Part shown: one piece after another, positions 41,147 to 51,694 of the stretch
Layout of the letters: every line of letters begins with the position of its first letter
How positions within the stretch are numbered: position 1 is the stretch's first letter
DNA from: an uncultured Alphaproteobacteria bacterium
GTDB lineage: Bacteria > Pseudomonadota > Alphaproteobacteria > CAAHEQ01 > UBA3637
NCBI GenBank assembly: GCA_944392785.1
Contig: CALXXW010000013.1
Span: 52,903 to 116,902, forward strand
Length of the DNA: 64,000 bases
Direction of reading: 5' to 3'
Notes under the pieces: model-generated
The model's input: only the letters and a program-made list of their open reading frames with translations
Told to the model about the DNA's origin: nothing
Databases searched by the model: none
Translations under genes and position numbers: made by a program

Positions 41147-41605
41147 ATGATTCGTGAATCTATCAAAACAGCACTGGTCAGTGCCATGAAAGCTAAGGAA
41201 GAAAAAACAGTTGCGACGTTGCGCTTAATCAATGCTGCCATTAAGGATAAAGATATCGAAGCACGGTCAAAGGGCATCATGGACGGCATTGATGACGGCG
41301 CGGTCATGAGTCTTTTACAAACCATGATTAAACAACGTCGTGAAAGTATAGAGATGTATACAAAAGGCGGTCGTCTTGATTTAGCCGATGCCGAACAAAA
41401 TGAAATCAACATTATCCAGTCATTTTTACCGCAACAAATGTCTGAGGCAGAGGTATTAGAGGCTATTCGCTCACTTGTAGCCGAGACCGGAGCTTCTTCC
41501 ATAAAAGATATGGGGAAATTGATGGGTCTGGTCAAAAGCAAATACGCCGGACGCATGGATATGGGAAAGGCTTCAGGAGTCATCAAGCCGGTTTTAGGGG
41601 CCTAA
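41147..41605 (+). CDS. GatB/YqeY domain protein
   Basis: AMKAK, LRLI.AAIKD, KQRRES...Y..GGR.DLA, FLPQQ, DMGK.M motifs. Confidence 0.93.
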   Translation: MIRESIKTALVSAMKAKEEKTVATLRLINAAIKDKDIEARSKGIMDGIDDGAVMSLLQTMIKQRRESIEMYTKGGRLDLADAEQNEINIIQSFLPQQMSEAEVLEAIRSLVAETGASSIKDMGKLMGLVKSKYAGRMDMGKASGVIKPVLGA

Positions 41606-41616
41606 AAAACGCTATC

Positions 41617-43362
41617 ATGCCTTTCATTACACCATCTTTTTTAGACCTTCTGCGGGATAAAATCGCTGTGTCCGATATTGTCGGGCGCCGGGTGCGTTTG
41701 ATAAAAAAAGGTGATGAATTTTTAGGGTTATGTCCTTTTCATCATGAAAAAACCCCCTCTTTTACCATCAATGATAGCAAGGGATTTTATCATTGCTTTG
41801 GTTGTGGAGCCCATGGGGATATTGTCCGCTATTTGATGGAGGCCGAAAAAATGCCTTTTAGGGAGGCGGTTGAGTATTTAGCTCATAGGGCGGGCATCCC
41901 CATGCCCAAATCTTCGGCCGAAGAAGTTCACTTACAAGAAAGACGCAATAACCTAACGACCATTATGGAGGAAGCATGTCACTTTTTTCATATGAATCTT
42001 TTTGGGGATATCGGTGCCTCTGCCCGAGCTTATTTAATCAAACGCGGGATTACAAGCACGGTTGCCCGTCAATTTCGGTTGGGATATGCTCCGTCCGGTT
42101 CGGCACTGACGGCCCACTTGGAGGCTAAAGGCTTTAACTTGAAGCAGTGCCAAGCTTTAGGATTGATTGCTGAGGGTCGAGACGGTCGTGGTTTTCATGA
42201 TTATTTTTATGATCGTGTCATGTTTCCGATTTTGGATCGTCGAAAAAAGGTTATTGGTTTCGGCGGACGTATGATGGCAAAGGGTGAACCGAAATATCTG
42301 AACTCCCCCGAAACTGAGCTATTTCACAAAGGGGATACTCTTTATGCACTGCCACATGCTCTGGAAACGATGCGCAAGACAAATAATACCATTTTGGTCG
42401 AGGGCTATATGGATGTTATTGCCTTACATTCGGCCGGATTTACCAACGCCGTTGCTCCGCTTGGAACGGCTTTAACCGAAGCGCAAATCAAGATATTATG
42501 GCAATCAACGGACGAACCGATTATTTGTTTTGACGGAGATGCTGCCGGACAAAAGGCCTCCTATCGCGCACTTCATCGCGCTTTACCACATTTAACACCC
42601 GGAAAATCGCTGCGATTTGTCTTTTTACCCTCTCCTTTTGATCCGGACGATATGATTCGTAAAAAATCACCCGAGGCTTTTCGTCAAGCTTTGGCTGAGT
42701 CACAATCCTTCATAACGACTCTCTGGCAATACTTGCTCTCGGAGCATCAAATTGATACACCCGAGCGCTTGGCAAAATTGGAAGAGGATGCTCTTCATCT
42801 TGTCAACAGCATTCAGAATACCATCACTCGTTCCTATTATACGAAAGAAATTAAGGATCGTTTGTGGCACCTGACGCATCAAGCTTCTAAACGCCGCAAG
42901 ACAACGACCAAAGTATTACCGGTTCATTCTCCGACACCCGGACTTTTGGATGCGAAAACAATCCTTGCCTATTTTGTTTCATACCCGGAAGTCGCCTCCT
43001 CTTTTTTAGAAGATATTGACAAGATGTTTATCCCGGAAAGGGAGCTGGCTGATTTACGACAAAAGATATCTTCATTATTACTTAAAAAACCAGAAATAAC
43101 ATCTTCAGAATTAAAAATTTTATTAGAAGATAAAGATATTTTACTTCTTAAAAATGAATTGGCTATACTCGAAAAATCTTCTCGGACATTAAGGGACGTG
43201 CAGCATGAGTTGGCAGAGTTGCTTGAAGCGACTCGTGTCCAAACAATTCAAGCAGAAATATCCTCTCTGACACAAGAATATCTGACAACGGGCAATTCGG
43301 AAATTTGGGAAAGAATTCTAACCCTCAAAAAAGAAATTGAAAAACGCTCGGAAAGTGAATAA
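41617..43362 (+). CDS. dnaG: DNA primase
   Basis: CPFHHEKTPSF...HCFGCG zinc finger, PKYLNSPET, VEGYMDV, FDGD.AG motifs. Confidence 0.98.
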   Translation: MPFITPSFLDLLRDKIAVSDIVGRRVRLIKKGDEFLGLCPFHHEKTPSFTINDSKGFYHCFGCGAHGDIVRYLMEAEKMPFREAVEYLAHRAGIPMPKSSAEEVHLQERRNNLTTIMEEACHFFHMNLFGDIGASARAYLIKRGITSTVARQFRLGYAPSGSALTAHLEAKGFNLKQCQALGLIAEGRDGRGFHDYFYDRVMFPILDRRKKVIGFGGRMMAKGEPKYLNSPETELFHKGDTLYALPHALETMRKTNNTILVEGYMDVIALHSAGFTNAVAPLGTALTEAQIKILWQSTDEPIICFDGDAAGQKASYRALHRALPHLTPGKSLRFVFLPSPFDPDDMIRKKSPEAFRQALAESQSFITTLWQYLLSEHQIDTPERLAKLEEDALHLVNSIQNTITRSYYTKEIKDRLWHLTHQASKRRKTTTKVLPVHSPTPGLLDAKTILAYFVSYPEVASSFLEDIDKMFIPERELADLRQKISSLLLKKPEITSSELKILLEDKDILLLKNELAILEKSSRTLRDVQHELAELLEATRVQTIQAEISSLTQEYLTTGNSEIWERILTLKKEIEKRSESE

Positions 43363-43367
43363 ATTCA

Positions 43368-43395
43368 TTGACATTCCTATAAAAATATATATAAT
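43368..43395 (+). promoter_or_regulatory. Putative rpoD promoter
   Basis: TTGACA-16 bp-TATAAT in the dnaG-rpoD gap. Confidence 0.6.
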
Positions 43396-43439
43396 ACTGT
43401 CAGTTTCTTCTTTTGGAATCCACGAAAGCGAGCCGTAAT

Positions 43440-45470
43440 ATGAATGCAATGATATTAGATGATGAATCCTCTCTGCGCCCTTTTAATACAGAAACACCTG
43501 ACACACGGGCGATGATGAAGGCTTTAATTGAAGAAGGCAAAGAACGCAGTTTTATCACTCTTGAAAAGCTCAAAAAATGCTTGCCCGCCGAATCTCGCAG
43601 CGAAGATGCTTTAGAGGCCATCATATCCTCTCTGGTTGACATGGGGATCAATGTTGTGGACAGTAATGAAGATATTACCGATTTGACAGAACCTCCAGCC
43701 TTGTCATCGGAACCAGAAACACCTGAGGTTGATACCGCCAGTCGCATTAATGATCCAGTTCGGTTATATTTGCGAGAAATGGGAGCGGTTGAACTGCTTT
43801 CTCGTGAGGGAGAAATCGCTATTGCCAAACGTATTACAGCCGGATTAGACGTGATGATGAGCGGTCTTTCAGAAAGTGCTTTAACAATGAAAGCTATCTC
43901 TGATTGGAATGAACAGCTGACAAACGGAACCATGCTGTTGCGTGATATCATTGATCTGGAAACAACGTTTGAGGCTACACCGAATAAAGATCAAATGGAA
44001 AAAGCCGAAAAAATCCGGAAAGAAGCGGATGCCGAGCTGACGAAATTGGAAAAACAAGAAGAACAAAAAACGGCGAAAGCGACCAAAGAAACCAAAACAA
44101 ACGATGATCATTCGGAAAAAGATGATCTCTTCTCTTTATTGGATGAAGATGAAGAAACACCCCCTGCTCCGGAAGAAGAGGAAGATGAGGATGATAATGC
44201 TTTGTCCATTGGGCAAATGGAGGAAAATTTATTACCTCAAATCATTGATTCTTTTAACAAGATTGAAGAGGTTTATCAAAAATTCAAAAAAGTTCAACAA
44301 GAGCGGATGGATAGCATTCTCAAAAATAAACCCGTGGCTCCTGCTGTCGAAAGAAAGTTTTTGCTTTTAAAGAATGATTTAACAAATCGCCTGAAAGAAA
44401 TTCATCTTAATCCGTTGCGAATTGAACAACTGATTAATCAAATAAACGACGTTAATCAACGCTTGATGATGTTGGAGGGAAAACTTTTACGGTTGGCGAC
44501 ATCATCTAAAATTGACCGCGAAGAGTTCTTGGCTTTTTACCAAAACAGTGAAATGGACACGAAATGGCTTGCCAAAGCTAAAAAACGTCCGGAAAAGGCC
44601 TGGAAGACTTTTGTTGAACGCTATGGACATGAAGTCCAGGATATACGGACGGCGATTATGGGCGTTGCCGAGGAAACAAAGATGCCTATTTCTGAGTACA
44701 GAAAATTGGTATCGACCGTCAAAAAGGGGCGCCAAGAAACAAACAAAGCCAAGCAAGAAATGATAGAGGCCAATCTGCGTCTTGTGATTTCTATATCTAA
44801 AAAATATACGAATCGTGGTTTACAATTCCTTGACTTAATTCAAGAAGGAAATATCGGTTTGATGAAGGCAGTCGATAAATTCGAATACCAACGAGGATAT
44901 AAGTTTTCAACATATGCTACGTGGTGGATTCGTCAATCTATTACACGTGCCATCGCAGATCAAGCCCGCACCATCCGTATTCCTGTTCATATGATTGAGA
45001 CCATTAACAAAATGTTGCGCACCAGTCGACAAATGATGCTGGAAACGGGACACGAACCAACGCCGGAAGAATTGGCGCCCCGCATCAATATGTCGGTTGA
45101 GAAAATTAAAAAAGTTCTGAAAATTGCAAAAGAACCTATCTCCCTAGAGACCCCCGTCGGAGATGAAGAAGACAGTCATTTGGGTGATTTTATTGAGGAT
45201 AAAAATACTCTACAGCCTTTGGAAGCGGCCATTCAAACTAATTTACGCCAATCTTGTACGGCTGTTTTATCTACTCTTTCTCCACGAGAAGAACGTGTTC
45301 TTCGCATGCGTTTCGGTATCGGTATGAATACAGATCATACCCTGGAAGAGGTCGGTTTACAATTTGCCGTCACCCGTGAGCGCATTCGTCAAATTGAGGC
45401 AAAGGCTCTTCGAAAATTAAAGCATCCCAGTCGCTCTCGTAAGCTGCGGAGTTTCTTAGAAGAAAGCTAA
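43440..45470 (+). CDS. rpoD: RNA polymerase primary sigma factor
   Basis: [57 protein letters not shown] motifs. Start uncertain (43413 or 43440). Confidence 0.98.
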   Translation: MNAMILDDESSLRPFNTETPDTRAMMKALIEEGKERSFITLEKLKKCLPAESRSEDALEAIISSLVDMGINVVDSNEDITDLTEPPALSSEPETPEVDTASRINDPVRLYLREMGAVELLSREGEIAIAKRITAGLDVMMSGLSESALTMKAISDWNEQLTNGTMLLRDIIDLETTFEATPNKDQMEKAEKIRKEADAELTKLEKQEEQKTAKATKETKTNDDHSEKDDLFSLLDEDEETPPAPEEEEDEDDNALSIGQMEENLLPQIIDSFNKIEEVYQKFKKVQQERMDSILKNKPVAPAVERKFLLLKNDLTNRLKEIHLNPLRIEQLINQINDVNQRLMMLEGKLLRLATSSKIDREEFLAFYQNSEMDTKWLAKAKKRPEKAWKTFVERYGHEVQDIRTAIMGVAEETKMPISEYRKLVSTVKKGRQETNKAKQEMIEANLRLVISISKKYTNRGLQFLDLIQEGNIGLMKAVDKFEYQRGYKFSTYATWWIRQSITRAIADQARTIRIPVHMIETINKMLRTSRQMMLETGHEPTPEELAPRINMSVEKIKKVLKIAKEPISLETPVGDEEDSHLGDFIEDKNTLQPLEAAIQTNLRQSCTAVLSTLSPREERVLRMRFGIGMNTDHTLEEVGLQFAVTRERIRQIEAKALRKLKHPSRSRKLRSFLEES

Positions 45471-45772
45471 CTTATCCTACTTAAGGAAAAAATGGTCATA
45501 TAATACCCCTACCCGTCTTTTTTGAAGGACAGTGTATTTATCCTGATATGGACTTCAATTTCATATTTCTGATATGAGGTTAATATGCGATAGATGATAT
45601 ATCATACTGGCAACGCTCTGCTGAATGCTTGCTCAACCAGTGATGACATATAAACAAAAACCTCTTGTTTACAATCCCAAAAACAATAATAAATGATCTC
45701 CCATAAAAAAAGGAGGAGAATATCATTAAAAAATCCCTTCCCGGGGGGAGGCCTCTCTCCAGATCCAAGATC

Positions 45773-45797
45773 AAAGCGCCTCCAAAAGAGGCGCTTT
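45773..45797. terminator. Hairpin terminator downstream of serS, possibly bidirectional
   Basis: AAAGCGCCTC-CAAAA-GAGGCGCTTT perfect stem. Confidence 0.7.
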
Positions 45798-45821
45798 AAC
45801 AGTTTGTGCGACATGAAGTTT

Positions 45822-47111
45822 CTATTTTTTAGGCACCAAAAAATCCTGTCCGCCCATATATGGTCGTAAGACTTCCGGTATACGGACATGCCCGTCCGCC
45901 TGTAGATTATTTTCTAAAAAGGCAATCAACATACGCGGTGTCGCTAAAACGGTGTTGTTCAAGGTGTGAGCAAAGTATTTTTTGCCATCTTTTTGAGCCA
46001 CCCGAATTTTTAACCGACGAGCTTGTGCATCTCCTAATGTGGAGCAAGATCCTACCTCAAAATACTTTTTCTGACGCGGAGACCAAGCTTCTACGTCTAC
46101 CGATTTCACCTTTAAATCCGCCAAGTCACCGGAACAGCATTCCAAAGTGCGCACGGGTATATCCAAACTACGGAACAAATCAACCGTATTTTGCCATAAT
46201 TTCTCATACCACTGCATACTTTCCTCGGGCTTACAAATCACTATCATTTCTTGTTTTTCAAACTGATGGATTCGATAGACCCCCCGCTCTTCCAGTCCAT
46301 GAGCCCCTTTTTCTTTTCTAAAACAAGGGGAATAGCTTGTTAATGTATACGGTAAATTTTCTTCAGGGATAATCTGATCAATAAATTTACCAATCATAGA
46401 ATGCTCACTGGTGCCAATTAAATAGAGGTCCTCATCTTCAATTTTATACATCATGGCATCTCGCTCGGCAAAGCTCATAACCCCTTCCACGACCTGAGAG
46501 CGAATCATAAACGGAGGAATGTAATAAATAAATCCGCGGTCAATCATAAAATCGCGTGCATAGCTCAAAACAGCTGAGTGTAGACGGGCAATATCTCCCA
46601 TCAAATAGTAGAAACCATTACCGGCTACTCGACGTGCACTATCTAAATCGATACCATTAAAAGATTCCATAATATCGGTATGATAAGGAATCTCAAAGTC
46701 CGGAACAATAGGTTCTCCAAAACGTTCGCACTCAACGTTTTCCGAATCATCTCGACCTACGGGGACAGAAGCATCAATCATGTTGGGGATAACAAGCATA
46801 CGTTGACGGATTTCTGCCTGATAAGCCTCTTGTTCCTGTTCTAAAGCTGTAATTTGATTACCGATTGTGACACTTTCCGAACGAAGGGCCTCACCCTCTT
46901 CCTTCTTTCCCTGAGCCATCAAAGCACCGATTTTTTTTGAAATTTGTGTTCGCTGTGCACGCAAAGCCTCAACTTTCGTAATAGCTGCCCGGTTTTTTTT
47001 ATCAAGTTCAATAACCTCATCCACCAAGGGAAGTTTTTCCTCTTGAAATTTTTTGCGAATATTTTCCTTAACAAGCTCGGGATTTTCCCTGACGAATTTA
47101 ATATCTAGCAT
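45822..47111 (-). CDS. serS: Serine--tRNA ligase
   Basis: MLDIK..RENP, LIGTSE, CFRKE, RIHQFEKQE, EVGSCS, HTLNNT motifs. Confidence 0.97.
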   Translation of the reverse strand: MLDIKFVRENPELVKENIRKKFQEEKLPLVDEVIELDKKNRAAITKVEALRAQRTQISKKIGALMAQGKKEEGEALRSESVTIGNQITALEQEQEAYQAEIRQRMLVIPNMIDASVPVGRDDSENVECERFGEPIVPDFEIPYHTDIMESFNGIDLDSARRVAGNGFYYLMGDIARLHSAVLSYARDFMIDRGFIYYIPPFMIRSQVVEGVMSFAERDAMMYKIEDEDLYLIGTSEHSMIGKFIDQIIPEENLPYTLTSYSPCFRKEKGAHGLEERGVYRIHQFEKQEMIVICKPEESMQWYEKLWQNTVDLFRSLDIPVRTLECCSGDLADLKVKSVDVEAWSPRQKKYFEVGSCSTLGDAQARRLKIRVAQKDGKKYFAHTLNNTVLATPRMLIAFLENNLQADGHVRIPEVLRPYMGGQDFLVPKK

Positions 47112-47120
47112 TTTTTCTCC

Positions 47121-47786
47121 TTACATAAACAGATAAACAAGCCTTAAAAAGAGCGGATAAAGCGTTCCAATAAACCAACGCACGATATCTATCCCAAATA
47201 ACGGTAAAACAAACAATAAACCCAACAGAATGAGAAAACCATATTTTTCTGTCTGTTGATATAACACACTATATTTAACCGGCAATAAAGAACAGACTAT
47301 TCGACCACCATCCAAAGGTAAAATCGGCAATAAATTAAAAATCCCCAAAGCAAGAGATAATCCTATTCCGTTCCTGATATTTTCAATCATCCAATGGGTA
47401 AAATGCCCTCCCAAAGGTAAACCCCATAATAACAAACGCCCCACCAGAGCAAATGCTATCGCTAGAAGCAGGTTAGAAATAGGCCCTGCGGCGGCAACCA
47501 ATCCCATATCTCGTTTAGGATGATTGAGATTCCTGAAATCGACGGGAACAGGTTTAGCCCAACCAAATAAAATCGGTGATCGAAGCAATAATAAAAGCCC
47601 CGGCAATAAAAGGCTACCTATCGGATCAAGATGATTCAAGGGGTTAAAATTTAAGCGACCGGCATAATAGGCTGTTTTATCTCCCAATTTATAAGCAACC
47701 AAACCATGAGCAACTTCATGCACCATCATGCATAATAACAAGGGCACAACCCAAGTCGTTAGGGTATAAATAAGTGTTGTTATCAT
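47121..47786 (-). CDS. Site-2 protease, M50 family
   Basis: HEVAHG, GWAKPVPV, AAGP.SN, NLLPILPLDGG motifs. Confidence 0.92.
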   Translation of the reverse strand: MITTLIYTLTTWVVPLLLCMMVHEVAHGLVAYKLGDKTAYYAGRLNFNPLNHLDPIGSLLLPGLLLLLRSPILFGWAKPVPVDFRNLNHPKRDMGLVAAAGPISNLLLAIAFALVGRLLLWGLPLGGHFTHWMIENIRNGIGLSLALGIFNLLPILPLDGGRIVCSLLPVKYSVLYQQTEKYGFLILLGLLFVLPLFGIDIVRWFIGTLYPLFLRLVYLFM

Positions 47787-48781
47787 TTGGCCGTCACACA
47801 ATCCTGTTTATTTGCTTTTAGTTTTTTACAAAAGGCAGCCGCCTGGTCTTTTGTTTTAAACTTACCGACATGTAAGCGATAGAACGTTCCCTTTCCGGCG
47901 ATTTGAGCCTCTGTTATCACATATGGCATATCTGATAACAGCGCCTTATTTTTAGCCAGAATACGCGGCCAAGCTTTTTCAACCGAGGCTTTTTTAGAGG
48001 ATGAGAAAAGCTGCACCTTCCACTCTCCCATATCCGATGAAGCCTTCTTAATCGGCTCCTTTATCGGGTTTTTCACCTGAGGGGCCGGATTTTCCTCGAC
48101 TTTAATCTGGATAATCTCTTTTTTAGGTGCTGCGGCATCTGCCGAATCAACCGGTCGCACTTCGGGAGGAACCGGAATAACTTCCGGTGGCGTGACATCC
48201 ACAACTTCAGGAGTAACAGGAGGCATTTCATCAAGTGGATTCACACCATCGGCTGCATCAGCCGAGACAAAAGTTTCAGGAGGTGTATTTTTTTCAATTT
48301 CTACCAAGCGAGGCAACACCGGTTTTTCCGGCTCCGGAAAGAGTTTTTCAACCTTTGTCGGGAGGGCATCCGTACGAATACGATTATAGACCAATTTGTC
48401 CTGATCCGGAATGACCATACCCCCCGGCTGTTCCGGTTTTACTTTAACCGGTGTCGCTGTTGCTGTAATTGTCATAATTTTTTCCTCGTCTTGCGCATCC
48501 GTCCCAAACAACAAAACGCCGGTAATAACGGCAGCCAAAACACCTATAAAAATGCCGCCGACTAAAAAATGCAGTTTCAACCCGCCGGAGGACAATTTAT
48601 CTTCAAGGTCATCAAATCGAAGAGAAGTGGCCGAAAAAGAGGCAAAAATTTCATCAGGCGTCTCAGACGAGCCCTCGCCTTTCTCTGGTTTTTGTGAAAC
48701 GGAGGGATCAATTTTTTCCTGAGATATTTCAGACTGAGCCAAGCCTTCTGACAACTCTCTTATTTTTTCGAACTCATCCAT
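47783..48781 (-). CDS. SPOR domain cell division protein, FtsN-like
   Basis: Single TM helix, KVKPE.PGGM.IP.QDKLVY, Pro-rich linker, C-terminal SPOR (VQL.S, FYRL.VG.F, FC..LK....C). Confidence 0.88.
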   Translation of the reverse strand: MDEFEKIRELSEGLAQSEISQEKIDPSVSQKPEKGEGSSETPDEIFASFSATSLRFDDLEDKLSSGGLKLHFLVGGIFIGVLAAVITGVLLFGTDAQDEEKIMTITATATPVKVKPEQPGGMVIPDQDKLVYNRIRTDALPTKVEKLFPEPEKPVLPRLVEIEKNTPPETFVSADAADGVNPLDEMPPVTPEVVDVTPPEVIPVPPEVRPVDSADAAAPKKEIIQIKVEENPAPQVKNPIKEPIKKASSDMGEWKVQLFSSSKKASVEKAWPRILAKNKALLSDMPYVITEAQIAGKGTFYRLHVGKFKTKDQAAAFCKKLKANKQDCVTAK

Positions 48782-48890
48782 GATTTTTCTCCTTACTTAC
48801 CAATGATGTTCAGCCTAGCATATTTTGCAGTCTTTTGACAAGCATTATTTTAAAAATAATCGAAAAATGACAAAAAAACAAAAAAAATAC

Positions 48891-48919
48891 TTGACGTGAG
48901 ATTTATTTTAGAGTATCTT
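48891..48919 (+). promoter_or_regulatory. Promoter of tRNA-Leu
   Basis: TTGACG-17 bp-TATCTT, preceded by A-tracts. Confidence 0.6.
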
Positions 48920-48944
48920 CGGACTCAAGCGCTTGCCTTTAGAT

Positions 48945-49032
48945 GCGGATATGGCGGAATTGGTAGACGCAACAGACTTAAAATCTGTCGGAGATTTTCT
49001 CCGTGCCGGTTCGATTCCGGCTTTCCGCACCA
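48945..49032 (+). tRNA. tRNA-Leu (TAA)
   Basis: GCGGATA..GGTAGACGC, ACAGA-CTTAAAA-TCTGT anticodon arm, long variable arm, GCCGG-TTCGATT-CCGGC T arm, ACCA end. Confidence 0.96.
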
Positions 49033-49196
49033 TATGTATTTCTCTCCTTTATTGTTTTGACAGAAACAAGAAAGGAGAGTTTTTTTGCTATTTGCTGCTC
49101 TTTTTTCCCATACTGGGTTGGTTATTTTTAAGACTATTATCTTTAGATTGGCACACCTTCAACACAAACAAAACACTTAGCCGTAAAAGAAGGAGT

Positions 49197-51521
49197 TCAA
49201 AAAGAGCAATGATGCTTTGCAGCCAAATGATTGATTCCCTCTTCGGTCAATGCCGGAAGAGCACCAATATGGGATTTCATTTCCTTTAAAATATAGCAAA
49301 TCTCATCATGTAAAACCCACCCATGAAAGCTGTTTTGCGGAACAATACCAGCCAAACTTTCATTCAGAAACCGATGAAAAGAGTTAAGTTGTTCAGTGGT
49401 ATATCCTGCTTTTTTCTGACTTGACCCCCTTAACAGGAAAGATGTCGGAAATACGGCTATTTGTCCGCCTTTTAAAATAATTTCATGCCAAAAAGGTGTA
49501 TCTTCAGCACTTGGAAAATGATCAGAATAGCGAATATTATTTTTTTCTAAAAAATCTCTTCGTATCATTGCAGAGGGGTGAAATATGGGTACATTAAAAT
49601 AAGTGGTAATCGCGGCATCTGACAGATCTTGGCTTGTTGGCTCATATCCTTCCAAGGCCTTGAGACTTAAAGCGTTCAACTTGTCCTTATCCATAACATC
49701 AGTATATGGAGGAACCGCAGAACCGACAACGGTAATATCCGGGTGCTGTTCCAAAAAATCGACCTGAACCTGCAATCGAACGGGTATAGAAACATCATCA
49801 TCATCCATTCTAGCAATATATTTACCTCGAGCTGTTTCTATTCCTCTGTTTAGGCTATAGACCAATCCTCTATTTGTCTCATTAGTTAAGACAATGACCC
49901 GTTCATCCCGTTGGGCATAACCTTTTAAAATCTTTGCCGTATTATCTGTTGAACCGTCGTTAATAACTATCAACTCAAAATTTTTATATGTTTGCGTCAG
50001 CATTGATTCCATCGCTTGAGATAATAATTTCTCACGATTATATGTAGATAATATTATAGAAACCTTCGGCTTTTTTACCTTGATACGATCTTTTTCATCC
50101 GTATATTTGTAGGCTCGATATGTATAAAAGGGAGCATGCAGTTTTAACAACCATAACACATTACCTTTGTCATCTAACTCTGCCGCCGAAGCCTTTTTGC
50201 TTGAACCATAGGAGACAAAAAATGTACCGTTATCTGTCAGACTGACACCTCCCATTGTATCTGCAGCATAGGGTGTATTTTGTATGTTAACTTTTGCTAT
50301 TTTGTTTTTTTCATCCAGCTTAATTCGCATAATACGGGAGGTTGTCTGCCGGGGATAAAAATTTTTATTTTCAGAAGAAGAAAAACCTTTTGATTGATTG
50401 TCAAACAGTAAAAGTTCATCCTGGCTCACAAATACAGGCATATGCTGACCGATAAAATACTCTGAAGATTCCAATCCAAAATCATCATGAAGGCCTCCCA
50501 GTGTCCATAAAATTTCACCCGTTTGACGGTCAATTTTAATCAATGACGATTGTGCAGCCAGAGACACAATCAAATTATTATCCTTTGGATCAATCAGTAG
50601 TGTATTATAGTGCAGATAATCTGAAAATTCTTTATTGCTAAAATGACAACGCTCTTGGGTCAAGCATGTATCGAATAGCTGAGGATGATCAGAGCTTCTC
50701 CAAAAAAAGATAACCTGACCATCTTTAATTTCTTCAATCACTAATTCAACTATTCTAATAGGCTCCCCTGTTTTAGGATGATAGACCTCTGTCCTGTTGT
50801 AGGTCGATAAAATATAATGATTCTTTCCAATTATCAAAGATTCGTGATTATCCACATAAGGTGATTTAAAATCTTTATATGACAACATATTTAACCGCTT
50901 CGTTTCACGGAACCTTTCATCCATAACGATAATACTTCCCCAGAGATAGTTCATGGGAGGAATGGGTTCTTCCTGCTGCATAAAGGTATTGACAACACCA
51001 CCGTCTTTTAATGCTGTTTGTTTAAAATCCGAAACACAGCCCCCTTCAGAATCATTGGTACGATAATATAGTAGTTTTCCTGATATATCAATAATATAAG
51101 CATATCCTTTATAGCGACAAGAAGCCTCAAACGGAGAAATATAAATTAACCCATTGGCAACTGGTTTAAATGCTGTCACCGTATAATCCGGCATCGAATC
51201 CGGACGCAGAGAAATTGTATATTCTTTTTCCCCAATTTTAATGTTTAATACCTCACCCTTTTTTATGGCATCCAATGAAAAAAATTGCACTTGCTTTCCA
51301 TATGTAATGACATTTGTCGTTAACGCCGAAACACTTTGGGGCGCATATTCATAAACATCCGATTCAAAGGGCGGCATTAAATCCATCTCATTTATTTTTA
51401 ACACCGCCCCAGCTTCCTCCGTGAAAAAAATAAAATTACTTTCCGATTGAAGAAGTATTCCTCCTATAGTACCAAGAAAAGCAACTATAAAAACGGATAT
51501 AAAATAGACAAAATACTTCAT
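49197..51521 (-). CDS. Arylsulfotransferase-like domain fused to a family 2 glycosyltransferase
   Basis: N-terminal TM/signal; DNHE, DYLHYN, GEILWTLGG, GQH, LFDN, YRAYK (ASST-like); KVSII.STYN, INDGSTD, YIARMDDDD (GT2). Confidence 0.8.
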   Translation of the reverse strand: MKYFVYFISVFIVAFLGTIGGILLQSESNFIFFTEEAGAVLKINEMDLMPPFESDVYEYAPQSVSALTTNVITYGKQVQFFSLDAIKKGEVLNIKIGEKEYTISLRPDSMPDYTVTAFKPVANGLIYISPFEASCRYKGYAYIIDISGKLLYYRTNDSEGGCVSDFKQTALKDGGVVNTFMQQEEPIPPMNYLWGSIIVMDERFRETKRLNMLSYKDFKSPYVDNHESLIIGKNHYILSTYNRTEVYHPKTGEPIRIVELVIEEIKDGQVIFFWRSSDHPQLFDTCLTQERCHFSNKEFSDYLHYNTLLIDPKDNNLIVSLAAQSSLIKIDRQTGEILWTLGGLHDDFGLESSEYFIGQHMPVFVSQDELLLFDNQSKGFSSSENKNFYPRQTTSRIMRIKLDEKNKIAKVNIQNTPYAADTMGGVSLTDNGTFFVSYGSSKKASAAELDDKGNVLWLLKLHAPFYTYRAYKYTDEKDRIKVKKPKVSIILSTYNREKLLSQAMESMLTQTYKNFELIVINDGSTDNTAKILKGYAQRDERVIVLTNETNRGLVYSLNRGIETARGKYIARMDDDDVSIPVRLQVQVDFLEQHPDITVVGSAVPPYTDVMDKDKLNALSLKALEGYEPTSQDLSDAAITTYFNVPIFHPSAMIRRDFLEKNNIRYSDHFPSAEDTPFWHEIILKGGQIAVFPTSFLLRGSSQKKAGYTTEQLNSFHRFLNESLAGIVPQNSFHGWVLHDEICYILKEMKSHIGALPALTEEGINHLAAKHHCSF

Positions 51522-51694
51522 TTGAGTATAACATCCTTTATTAAAAAAGAACAGTGGTACAAATATTCGTATTTAGATAAAACATAAAAGAAATAGTAAG
51601 TCAAGTTTTTTATCACATGATATTCCTCAACTTCCAAGGAGTGACAGAAAATTAACTCTTATTTTTCAGAAAAATCTACCACATATGAATCAAT

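Noticed and set aside
48933-49289. 118-aa plus-strand ORF
   Set aside because: Reads through tRNA-Leu; spurious.
49033-51694. Integrative element at tRNA-Leu
   Set aside because: No integrase and no duplicated tRNA 3' end (att site) found; only a single accessory gene.
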